Assembly (NCBI RefSeq): GCF_009914755.1
Contig: NC_060928.1
From: the human T2T-CHM13v2.0 reference genome, Homo sapiens
Reading direction: 5' to 3' (one strand)
Length of the DNA stretch: 64,000 nt
A program made the translations under genes and the position numbers. Below the pieces are notes generated by a model. That model was given only the letters and a program-made list of their open reading frames with translations. It was not told the origin of the DNA and did not search any database. Positions 26,366 to 38,968 of this stretch are shown here, in pieces. Position 1 is the stretch's first letter. The number at the start of each line of letters is the position of its first letter.

Positions 26366-26455
26366 CCAGATATCCTGCTTCTCGCCGATCGGGAAGTTGG
26401 AATACAAGTCTATGATTTCTGGTGTTCTATACATTGGTGTTGTATTCCTCGTGAT
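26366..26455 (-). CDS. GAK: GAK exon 7 (ITRNTTPMYRTPEIIDLYSNFPIGEKQDIW), 90 nt
   Basis: tttcag|ATCACG ... ATCTGG|gtgagg. Confidence 0.96.
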
Positions 26456-27359
26456 CTGAAAAAATACAAACATTTCAAAGGAAAAGTTGCATCCCACAAA
26501 CAGTATTTTTTATGTTGCACCACTTCCGTGCAGCTTTCCAAATGCACAGCAGACTGAGGGGCAGCCTGTCCCGCACACTATGCCCCGGGATGACCTCAGG
26601 CCAGTCGGCCCCATGCACCAGCTCCGCTGCTCATCTTCGGCCTCAGCGCGCTCCTTACGATGAGGACTGAGTCATTCACCTCCCTCAATCTCCTACGGCC
26701 TCCCGTGCTTCATGGCATGTCGGCACCGACGTATTGGCCTGCTGCGCACCAAGTCCGCTTGCTGAGGAGAAGGGTGTCTCACCTGGCACAAGGGCCCCGC
26801 TCCAGAGTGGCCGCACCCAGAGCAGCTTCTGTGACACCCAGAACCCCAGGGTACGTGAGGGTATCTGGGAGGAGGAAGCCGTCCACCCAAGCTCACCCGA
26901 CTGGTTCAAGGTTAACAATGGAGAGCCTCACAAACACACGGAGGCACTTGCGAGAGGCAGAGGCTGGGGCCACAGAGCTGTGAGGAGAGAGTGAATCTCC
27001 GTGCATGGCAGACATGTTGTGAGAGGCAGAGGCTGGGGCCGCAGAGCTGTGAGGAGACAGTGAATCTCCGTGCACGGCAGACACACAAACCCCATCCTCA
27101 GCTGCAGATTCACAGGAGAGCAGGGGGCAAGTGGGCTCTGCAGTTATACAGCAGGACAGCGCACGGCCTTGGGCAGGCCACAATTTCTTAAAGGGAATGG
27201 GAAAATGAGAGCTTATGGAAAGCAGGATAAAGCGCCCTCCACTCATGCTGAAAAGCACGAAGACCTGCTTTCCAGGAATGACCTGCCTGAGGCCGGGACA
27301 GTCAGCTACCAATGCAAGACACAAGAGCAAGAAGGCCCAAGTGCAGAGAGCGCAAGTTA

Positions 27360-27934
<575 letters not shown>

Positions 27935-27938
27935 TCAC

Positions 27939-28064
27939 CTCTTCCTCCACCAGGGCTCGCCTCTGGGCGCTCCAGCTGTAGTCAGGGTAGTGCGAGATGG
28001 TCGTGGCACTGCCAAAGTCACACAGCTTAATGGTCCCTTGGTTACTAAGCAACAAGTTCTCAAC
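27939..28064 (-). CDS. GAK: GAK exon 6 (VENLLLSNQGTIKLCDFGSATT...LVEEE; DFG motif), 126 nt
   Basis: ttacag|GTTGAG ... GAAGAG|gtgagc. Confidence 0.96.
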
Positions 28065-28406
28065 CTGTAAAATTCCACAAGACAGCCCCGTGAACTTGGC
28101 GTAGACAGAGATGGGACTTCAGGGAAAACGAACGGGTGTGAGACACAGCCAGGGCCCTTCGCAGACAGCACTCGCCCAGGGCCACGGCTGCCGGGTGCCT
28201 GCAGCACCTCACACCTGCGGACACAGCCAGCTCCGCACCAGCAGCTCGGGGTGCAGGGGCCGCTCCAGGCCTAGGCAGAGGGGCCCTGGCGGGTGGGCCG
28301 GCCTGAGAAGCGGGCCCCGAGGGGCTGAGGGATTTCACAGAGTTCAGTAAATGAGCCTTCCTCAAAGATGTCTTAAATTACTTCTGATCAAATGTAATAT
28401 GTGTAA

Positions 28407-28959
<553 letters not shown>

Positions 28960-30031
28960 TCAGCCCCACAGTGCTCACGCCCCACACAACACCCATCTTA
29001 ATGGCAGAGCCATGGCAAAACAGCTGCCAGCACCAGGCATCCATGTGGAACGAAAGGAGAAAGCCTCGCCCCCAGCTCACACAATCAAGGAAGCCTCAGC
29101 CCCAACATTTAGGCAAACCACAGATCTTTCGGAAGATGGCCCAGAGGAGCTCCTTCTGAGATAGGGAAGGAGCGGCTTCTTCAACAAGACAGACAGCACA
29201 GACGTGGCAGGATGGCCAGCACAGGCATCCCTCTGGAGAGGAAGAACAATGCCAGCACAGGGCTCCAAGAGGGCAGCACGCCAGCCACAGATGGAAGGTG
29301 CTCGGCACACACGCGGTCAGTACGGGCTCCCACAGGCAGCACAGGGCTCCGAGAGGGCAGCACACCAGCCACGGACGGAAGGTGCTCGGCATGCACGCGG
29401 TCAGTATGGGCTCACACAGGCAGCGAGAGGAAGGCAAGTCGAGGAAAGGCAGGCATTTTCCCAGAGGAAGCCCAAGTTCTGATAAGCCAGCCTCATCGAC
29501 AGGAGAAAAATGCAAACTAAGGCCATGGGCACCCAGGACAGGCTGAGGGAGCAGCACCCGCCATGCCCCAGGACAGCAAAGTGCAGAGCCGTGGCATCCA
29601 AGAGTGCAAGGGGACGCCCAGGGTTAGATGCAGACACTCTCCAACCACAGCGCCCTGCAGACCCCAGTCCTAGAGAGGACGCCTGCTCCGCGGACCAGCA
29701 AGCTGAACAGGCTGTCCACGTGGTGCAGACAGGATGGCTCACCATAAACAAGGGAAAGAAACGGACACACATGCCACCCATGGCCGACCAGAGAAACCCA
29801 GTAAAGCCTAAGGCCACCACTGGCCCCCGAGGAGATGCGGGCCACATACAGGACCGGGGCCTCTGAACCACAGGGCTGAGCAAGAAAATCAGATGCAGAG
29901 CGTGGGGCGAGGCTCCCCTCACAGGACGCCCAGAGAAAAGATCAGCGACCCTGGCTCGGATGCAGAGCACACAGCGGGGAGATGCAGTGGCACACGGCCA
30001 CTGAAGGCCCAGGAGTGCCCATCCCCTCGCG

Positions 30032-30200
30032 TGTGCCCGTTCCCATTCTACAGCCAACAGAGACGAAGCTGTGCGCACAGCAGGACGATGCACAGGGCAG
30101 GCGAGTGGGGCCACCTGTGCCCGTTCCCATTCTACAGCCAACAGAGACGAAGCTGTGCGCACAGCAGGACGACGCACGGGGCAGGCGAGTGGGGCCACGT
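30032..30200. repeat. Tandem duplication, ~84 bp x2
   Basis: tgtgcccgttcccattctacagccaacagagacgaagctgtgcgcacagcaggacga twice. Confidence 0.85.
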
Positions 30201-31156
30201 GTGCTGCCTGCCCCTCCGCAAACAGCCGTCCAGACTCCCACGGCGGAGGCCACAGGTGAACACACGCGGGCTGCAGGGCTGGCCTGGGTTCCCGCCACGC
30301 CGCTGTGGAGCAGCAGCAAGGCCAGTGCTGTGAAGTGCAGGCCTGGCTCACAGACACGGATTCTTCACCAATTCAACCCTTCTGTTTCTGTTCTCCTTAA
30401 AATACACACTCAAGCCCCGCTACACGACCCATCACACTTCAAAAATGCGAACCAGGAGGGTCTCGGTGTCATGAGAAAATCCACCACTCAGAGACTCCTC
30501 AGGAAGAACCACCCAGACAGCAAACAGCACCTTCCACGGGCAGGACTGGCCCCTCATGGAGCCCTGCAGCCCCTTCCGTCAGAATGGGGCCTCAGGCGCA
30601 TGGGTTTCTGGAAACCAGGGGTCTTGCTTGCAACCTTGAAGAAGCTTCCCTCAAAAGCAACCCTGTGTGCTGGGCAGAATGTACTTTTAGAAAAGTAAAA
30701 TACAAGGAAAGAAGAAACAGAAGGAAGAGAGGGAGGGAGGAAAGGAAGGAGAAGGGGTGAAAGGGCCTGGGGCATGGCTCAGGAGCAGGCTCCACAGCGG
30801 TGGCCATGGGAGCGAAAGGGCCTGGGGCTCAGGAGCAGGCTCTATGGCGGTGCCCACAGGCTTCTGCCATGGGGCATCTGTCCAGTCGGCCACCTTACAC
30901 CCTGGCATTCTAGGCCCTCTGAGTTCAGGGGACAAACGAAAAAGGCCACACTTACCCATTTTCAAAATCTACGTGAAGACACCTGTGCTATAAAGTAGGA
31001 GTGTACAGCCAAGTAGAGAAAAGGCAGCCCTAACCAGAGAAACACAGAGGGAAGCTGCCTGCCAGAGCCTTGGCCCTGGGTGGGCTGAGGCAGGCTGAGG
31101 CGGAATGAGCCTGTGCAGTTAAGAACAGCTCAGCATGGGTGCCCACGGCTTAGGCA

Positions 31157-31342
31157 CCCCCACCCAGGGCACACAGGGAGAGCCACGGCCTTGGATCCCC
31201 CACCCAGGGCACACGGGGAGAGCCACGGCCTTGGATCCCCCACCCAGGGCACACGTGGAGAGCCACGGCCTTGGGCCTCCCACCCGGGGCACACGTGGAG
31301 AGCCACGGCCTTGGATCCCCCACCTAGGGCACACGGGGAGAG
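31157..31342. repeat. Minisatellite, 40-bp unit x~4.6
   Basis: cccacccagggcacacggggagagccacggccttggatcc repeated. Confidence 0.9.
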
Positions 31343-31859
31343 CTGGGGGGCTCTGAGGCCTCCTAGGCACCCACGAGCAGACGCTGGAGAGGAGGCGGGG
31401 CCCAGGTGGCTGCATGGGCAGACATGAGCTGATGCACGGGGTGCAGGGCCAGGTAGACACAAGGATACAGCTCCCACCTCAGGTCACACAAGGTCAATTC
31501 CAGATGAACGAAACCTCTGGACACAGGCCAGGTAGATTTCAGCAGCTGGAGGAGCAGCTGAGGCGGGTGCTGGGAGCAGGATCTGAAACACAGCTCCGTG
31601 CTCCACAAGAGACGCCACGGGGCTGGGGCCTCACTGGCCTCCTCGTCCCCTTGGCCTGGGCAGTGGCGGGGAGCCAAGGACAGCACAGGGCATCCTCCAC
31701 AAGCCGTGGCCAGAGGCGCCGCTCCCGATTAGCGAGGTCTGAGAGAAGCCACACTTTGGGAAAACCAGGGAAGGCTGAGAACAGGAGGGCAAGAGACAAG
31801 GCTCGGTTCCTCCCACCTCACTGCGGATAATGGTGTCAAAACCACATAAAAAATGTCCT

Positions 31860-32540
31860 GGCCGGGCGTGGTGTCTCACGCCTGTAATCCCAGCACTGTG
31901 GGAGGCCAAGGCGGGAGGGTGACTTGAGGTCAGGAGTTCGAAACCAGCCTAGACAACATGGTGAAACCCTGTCTCTACTAAAAGTACAAAAATTAGCCCG
32001 GCGTGGTGGCATATGCCTGTAATCCCAGCTACTCGGGAGGCTGAGGTAGGAGAATCGCTGGAACCCAGGAGGCAGAGGCTGCATGAGCCGAGATCGTGCC
32101 ACTGCACTCCAGCCTGGGCAACAGAGCAAGACTCCGCCTAAAAAAAAAAAAAAAACAGAAATGTCCTCACGTCCCCAGAGACATGGACAAAAGTATCTGG
32201 GAGTGATAAGGCTTTAAAACTTTGGCAGCCTGGGAGCGGTGGCTCACACCTGGAATCGACCCCTTTCAGAGGCTGAGGTGGGTGGATCACTCGAGCTCAG
32301 GAGTTCTGGACCAGCTTGGGCAACATGGTGAAACCCCATTTCTACTGAAAATACAAAAACTAGGCAGGCGTGGTGTGCGCCTGTGGTCCCAGCTACTCAG
32401 GAGGCTCAGGTGGGAGATCACCTGGGCCAAGTCGGCCGAGGCGGCAGTGAGCCCCGTCAGTGCCGCTGCACTCCAGCCTGGGCTGTAGAGTGACTGACTC
32501 AAAAAAAAAAAAAAACAAACAAAAAAAAAACCCAAAAAAC
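31860..32540 (+). mobile_element. Two tandem Alus (31860-32155 and 32228-32540)
   Basis: The first has TSD aaatgtcct; the second is older and more diverged. Confidence 0.9.
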
Positions 32541-33486
32541 CTCTTCAGCAAAAGCCTCAGCACGGAGGACGAGGCCCACCATGGGCAGGCCAGGCACAGG
32601 CTTCACAGATAACGGAGAAGCCTCACAACGTCCTAGGTTTTTTAAAAAACACAACAGCAGGAGTGAAAACTGGGCCACAAACCAGAAGACGCCGGCAGCA
32701 CAGGCGACACTTAGCAGATTATGAGAATACACAAGCTGCTCCAACGAACCAAACACACAAGCCAGTGGAAAATCTTTGAAAAAGGCAAGAAACAAAAGGA
32801 AGTTTACTGAAGAGCAAGACCCGAATGACTATAACAAACATTCAACTTCATTAACATCAGGAAAAGGCAAAATCACAACCCGTCAGACTATACTCCCCAC
32901 CAGGCCAGCCAAAATCAACACAGGCAGCTCAGGGCATGGACAGCCCACGGGGCAGGAGTGTCCTCTGTGGGGCTGTGGGAAGCAGCCACATCACATGGAA
33001 ACCGCGCAGTGCCGGCAGCAGCACGGAGCGCAGGCCCAGCCCCGGCCCAGAACCACCTGTGTGGCGGTGTGGTGGGCAGGGATGGAGCGCGAGCCCAGCC
33101 CCAGTCTAGAAGCATCTGTGTGGCGGTGTGGTGGGCAGGACGGCCCTTTTACATGCAGCCAGTGGCTCATGCCCACATCACGCCAACCCCGGGATGCCAC
33201 GCCTCGGAGAAACCCGTGGTGACAGGAGAGATGGGCAGGAGAGTCTGCCGGTGAACGGAAGGGGAGGTGCAGTGGGGGGACAGTCAGGAAGTGCAAAGAG
33301 CTCCCCTCAAGCTGAGTAGGCAAGGGGTCCGGCCCCCGACCCCAGCGCCTGAGACAGGGCCAGGCAGAGGAGCGCCAGGCTTCCTCCCAGCTCCAAGAGG
33401 CCGAACCAGGGAGGCACTGTGGGGTCCAGGACTGCCCAGGGGCCAAGGAAGGGGCACTGGGTGAGCAGGAGTTGGGGGCCTGGGCC

Positions 33487-33690
33487 AACACCACTGGGGG
33501 GCTGAGGAAGGAGCGTGGGATGAGCAGGAATGCGGGGCCTGAACTGACACCACCAGGGGACTGAGGAAGGAGCGTGGGGTGAGCAGGAGTGCGGGGCCTA
33601 TAGTGACACCACCGGGGGGCGGTGGGGGGGGGCCGAGGAAGGAGTGTGGGGTGAGCAGGAATAGGGTCCTGAACTGACACCACCGGCGGG
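33487..33690. repeat. G-rich minisatellite, ~58-70-bp unit x3
   Basis: acaccacc.ggggg..gaggaaggagcgtggggtgagcagga repeated. Confidence 0.8.
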
Positions 33691-33982
33691 CACCCTCGTC
33701 CACAGCTCCCCACGGAAACTGGAGTGAGCAAGCATCCAGCATGGGGACCTGGTATTCCAGACGGAAGCTCCAGGCTGTGAGCACCCCCAACTGGGCGTGA
33801 AGGCCCCCAGCAGGGAGGCGGGGCCATCCCGGGATCTCTGTCGGCAAAGGCCTGTGAGACAGATGCTAATTTTCTTCAGGGCTGGAAAAGCAACGTTTCT
33901 GGAAGATCCGCTTCCACTGTTGAGAGGCTCACGCACATCTTCTAGGTGAGATGGTGTAGCCTCACCTGCTCTCACCCCTGCA

Positions 33983-34490
33983 TCCTAACTGAGCGGGAGC
34001 CCCCCACAGAGGCTGTGAACCGCGTGTGGAGGGAGCCACTACCTTGTGGTCCCTGTGGATGATGGGCGGCTCCTAACCGAGTGGGACCCGCACACAGAGG
34101 CCTTGGCAGCTGCGTGTGGAGGGAGCCACTACCTTGTGGTCCCTGTGGATGATGGGCGGCTCCTAACCGAGCGGGACCCGCACACAGAGGCCTTGGCAGC
34201 CGCGTGTGGAGGGAGCCACTACCTTGAGGTCCCTGTGGATGATGGGCGGCTCCTAACCGAGCGGGACCCGCACACAGAGGCCTCAGCAGCCGCTACCTTG
34301 AGGTCCCTGTGGATGATGGGCGGCTCCTAACCGAGCGGGACCCGCACACAGAGGCCTCAGCAGCCGCTACCTTGAGGTCCCTGTGGATGATGGGCGGCTC
34401 CTAACCGAGTGGGACCCGCACACAGAGGCCTTGGCAGCCGCGTGTGGAGGGAGCCACTACCTTGAGGTCCCTGTGGATGATGGGCGGCTT
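33983..34490. repeat. VNTR of 90/74-bp units x~5.6 containing copies of the exon 5 3' end and donor
   Basis: taccttg(a/t)ggtccctgtggatgatgggcggctc with 'ac' donors at 34459, 34369, 34295, 34221, 34131 and 34041. Confidence 0.95.
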
Positions 34491-34603
34491 CTGCCGGTGC
34501 ATGTGCTGCACGGCGCGGCACGTCTGGTAGAAGATCTTCAGAACCGTGTCGCACGAAAGGGGGCCTCGAGATTCCATTTTCTTCAAAAATTCCACCAGCT
34601 GCC
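34461..34603 (-). CDS. GAK: GAK exon 5 (QLVEFLKK...PPIIHRDLK; catalytic loop), 143 nt
   Basis: ttttag|GGCAG ... CTCAAG|gtagtg; contained in ORF 34401..34913. Confidence 0.96.
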
Positions 34604-34625
34604 CTAAAAGAGAATGAAACTCACA

Positions 34626-35196
34626 TGGAGGCAGGAGAACAGGGTCCGGAGACAGGGAACCTAGGGCTGTTTCACGCGGACTTCCCAGAACTAAATGGAA
34701 AGGAAAACCCTGACTTTCCACACCTAAGTAACAAAACGACCAGAGGTGACTCCCTTTGACCTTTTCTGCCTGGCAGATGGGAAACTGCCTGACTGCAGAT
34801 CTCCTCTTCGTTTGCAACTCTGTAACTTCACCCTGTCTTCTGATTGCTTTTCGTAACCAATCAGATGTTTGCACAGGAGTGTGACCTTCTGGTTGGCTGC
34901 TTTCTGCAACCATTAGGCTGATGGCGGGCTACCACTTCGTTTACATGAGGTGAGCACAAAGTGGCCAGTGGGAAACCTCTAGGGGGTATTTGGACCCGAG
35001 AAGATTCTGCATCTGGGCCCTTGAGCCGCTGCTTGGGCCACCCCCACACCGTGGAGTGTACTTTTGTTTTCAATAAATTCCCGCTTTCGTTCTTTTGTTG
35101 CTTCATTCTTTCTTTGTTTCGCTGGGCGTTCTGTCCAGTTTGTTCAAAATGCCAAGAACCTGGACAACTTGCAGTCACGACTCTCTACGGTTAACA
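34626..35196 (+). mobile_element. ERV1 solo LTR (MER51/MER57-like)
   Basis: Begins tg.aggcaggagaacagggtc...gggaaccta; CCAAT at ~34857; AATAAA at 35072; ends gccaagaacctggacaac...ttaaca. Family assignment from recalled consensus. Confidence 0.75.
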
Positions 35197-35234
35197 TCAT
35201 CACCGTGGAGCAATCAGTGCTCTGCCCTCCCTGG

Positions 35235-35610
35235 CCCCAGGCCACGCTACAGACTCTGCCACGCCGCGCCACGCTAGGGGCTCCGCCACGCCCCATGCCA
35301 CGCTACGGACTCCGCCACGCCCCATGCCACGCTACGGACTCCGCCACGCCCCATGCCACGCTACGGACTCCGCCACGCCCCAGGCCATGCTACGGACTTC
35401 GCCACGCCCCAGGCCACGTTACGGACTCCGCCAAACCAGGCCACGCTTCGGACTCTGCCACGCCCCAGGCCATGCCACGGACTCTGCCACGTTGGGCCAC
35501 ATTACAGACGCCACACCACACTTTGAACTCTGCCATGCCCCAGGCCATGCTACGGACTCCGCCACACCCCAGGCCACGTTACTGCAGACGCCACCACACC
35601 AGGCCACGCT
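35235..35610. repeat. Minisatellite, ~30-bp unit x~12
   Basis: gccacgctacggactccgccacgcccca repeated. Confidence 0.9.
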
Positions 35611-35837
35611 GCCTTTTCCAGCCACAGTCCCAGTTAAGCCCACCCTGAGTGCCGCTCCCACCTTTCCTTCCTTCAGCTGCTGCAGAAAGGGCTGCAGGTA
35701 TGAGGATGCCCACCTCAGCCCCGTGTGTGGGACCACCACCCAGTGGCAGGGGTGGGCTCGGAGCAGCCCCACAGTCAAGTCACACACAGAGCAGAGGCCA
35801 GGGGGCAAGACGCCCAAGCGTCACCGAAGCAACAACC

Positions 35838-36070
35838 GCGTCAGCATCCCAGCAGCTGAGCTGGCATGCCGTTAACGTGAGAACCACATCGGCATCCCAG
35901 CAGTTGAGCTGGCGTGCCGTTAACATGAGAACTACATTGGCGTCCCAGCAGCCGAGGTGGCAAGCCATTAACGTGAGAACCACACTGGCATCTCAGCAGC
36001 CGAGCCGGCGAGCCGTTAACGTGAGAATCACATCTGTGTCCTGGCAACCGAGCCAGGCATGTCATTAACA
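35838..36070. repeat. Minisatellite, 48-bp unit x~4.8
   Basis: gcatcccagcag..gag.tggc..gccgttaacgtgagaaccacat repeated. Confidence 0.85.
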
Positions 36071-38204
36071 TGGATACAAAGAGAAATGACTACAAATACA
36101 CAAGTGCTCAAACCTCTAAGTGAACACTCAGTGTCCTCAGATGACAAATGATCATTCTCACATTCACGACAGTATCAGTGCCTGTGCGTGACCCACACCC
36201 CAGGGAGCCCGTCCTGCCATGGCTGGCACCTTCCAGGCACCCTAGCCCTGGCCCAACCAGGAAACCAGGGATGTGGGGCCGGGGCAGCACGCAGGGCTGA
36301 GGACCTGCTGGGGACTGAAGCATTCACACTGCCAGTCACCCCAGCACCCCTATGCAGCCCCCACAGACGTGCAGACCCAACCCATCCTGCTCCTACCCTG
36401 ATCTTACCCTGGGTCTTGCCCACTTCAGCTGGCCACAGTCCATGTGTGGCATCATCCCTGGGGCCTCTGCATCTTGTGCCCCATCTTTTCAGCCCCGTGC
36501 TCCTGCCTCTGCTCTCTACAGAGCAGCCACCGTCACCCTCTGCTCATCCCACTCCACACCCCTGAAGGCCACGACCCCTGCAGCCCCAGAGCCAAGGCCA
36601 GTACCACCACCCACGGAACCCACACTCAGGGTCTCCCCCACGCTGCCAGAGCTTGCGCTCCCAGCCACACTGGCCTCCCTTCCTCCCTGCCTCAGGACCC
36701 CTCACAAGCTGCTTCTGCGGCCAGGATGCCTCCCAGACCGCCCCTTCTGCTCACCTCCCAAGGAACCAACTCTGCCCACACCACCTAAACGTGCACCCTT
36801 CTCCTGGGACTCATTCTCTCCTTGGCTCTTCGAGCCACCCAACCACCTGCCATGGGCATGGATCAGCTGTGTCTGGCGAGTCACTGAGCCCCCGATGCCT
36901 GCACACAGCAGAGCGTGTAGCCGACTCAATTCCACTGACAATGAAGGCATGGTGTGAGAGCCGGTCGGGACCTGCCACAGCTCAGGCTGGGCCACGCTAG
37001 AATCGACTCACAGACCGGACCCACCTGCGTGTCCCCAGCACAGCCCAGCACTGCCCCCACCTGCACCCAGCTGAGGGGCCCTCCCACTCCCCCAGCTCTG
37101 CCGGCCCTGGCCCTCAACCCCAGGTGAAAGCCCTCTCAGCCCTCACCACAGCTCCCTCAAAAGCTTTGTGCTGACCCTCTGAGAAACAGGGGGGCTCTCA
37201 GGAAAAATGAGGGGCACCCATAGAAGGAATGGGGTGCTCAGAAAGAGAGGAACAGACCCGGGAGAGGCTGAGGCCAGGCCCGGGGAGTCAGAGTGGGGGT
37301 GACTTGCCCTCTACGCTGGCCATCATGGATGGGCGAGTCTGTTTCAGTGGTAACTGGGTCCCCTGTTCAGTGCCTCATTCTCAGTGAGAATAAATGGGGT
37401 TTTTAAAAGTAAAAATTCTGTATGTGGCTGAGTGGGGAACCGGTATGTGGCTCTTCCCTCAGAGGACACTGGAGGGGTTGCCTCATGGGAGGGACTGGGC
37501 ACATCCCCGGAGCCCGACCTCCAGGCCTCCTCCAGTGAGCCCTGAACCTGCAGCTGCACGGGGGAGCCCACATCCCTCCCGCTTCTCAGAGATGCCACGG
37601 CTCTCCCCTGGCACAGCTGTGCCATCCACAGAGCCCTGCAGCTCAGCTCTCAGCCGCACATGCTGCTCCAGACAGGCAGTCCCCAGGAGTGAGCTGGCGC
37701 GCGCATGTGTTAGTCTGCCTCGTGTATTTATGACTTGAGGGGCTGGGCCCGGCCCCTCTCCTTCCCACACCACCCCATGCAGGGTCAGCGATGAGCCGCT
37801 GGCCCCGGCCCTGTCCCCGCCGCTCCCTCGTGCACATATCCTGGGAACACACTGGACGCCGAGCAGCTTCAGTTTTCACACCCGTCCTGCTCAAGCCTTC
37901 CAAAGCCGGAATGTCTAGAACCAAGATTTACCCCTCGCAAAGGCTTTCTGATCTCGGAAATGACAAACGAGGGAGATAATCAGCAAAACATCCATCACTA
38001 GACCCACAGGAAGCCCCGTCTGGCCTTTATCCAAGTTACTCCAAGTGTGCTGGGCAGAGGGTGCGGCAAGGCTCACACAGCAGGCAGGCTGCAGCTCCAG
38101 GAGAAAGCCCGCAGGCCTCAAACAGAAGACGCAGTGATGCATCCACACCAGGAAAACCAAGCAGCCTTCTGGATGGAACGAAGCGACCGCACCACGTGGA
38201 AAGA

Positions 38205-38615
38205 GGCCTGAGCAGGGTGCTCTCGCCAGCGATCCCAGCACCTCAGGAGGCCTTGGTGGGAGGATCACCTGAGCCCAGGAGTTCAAGACCAGCCTGGGCA
38301 ACACAGCAAGACACCATCTCTACAAAAAATACAAAACTTAGCCAGGCACAGGGGCCAACACCTGTAATCCCAGTGCTACAGGTGTTGCTTGAGCTCGCGT
38401 GTTCAAGACCGGCCTGGCAACATAGTGAGACTGTCTCTAAGAAAAGTTTACTCTTTAAAATTAGCTGGGCATGGTGGTGCACACCTGAAGTCCCAGCTAC
38501 TCCAGAGGCTAAGGCGGGAGGACTGCTTGAGCCCAGGAGTTTGAAGCTACAGTGAGCTATGAATCACTGCACTCCAGCTTGGGCAACAAAGCAAGACCCT
38601 GTCTCCAAAAAAAAT
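38205..38615 (+). mobile_element. Old rearranged Alu (with an extra internal arm)
   Basis: Alu motifs ggatcacctgagcccaggagttcaagacc and cactgcactccagc with A tail. Confidence 0.8.
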
Positions 38616-38689
38616 ACGCCTGATACGGTCAATTTTTTTAAAAAGGAAAATTATATAAAGTAAAATCCCATTTTTATAAGCACTCATAA

Positions 38690-38968
<279 letters not shown>

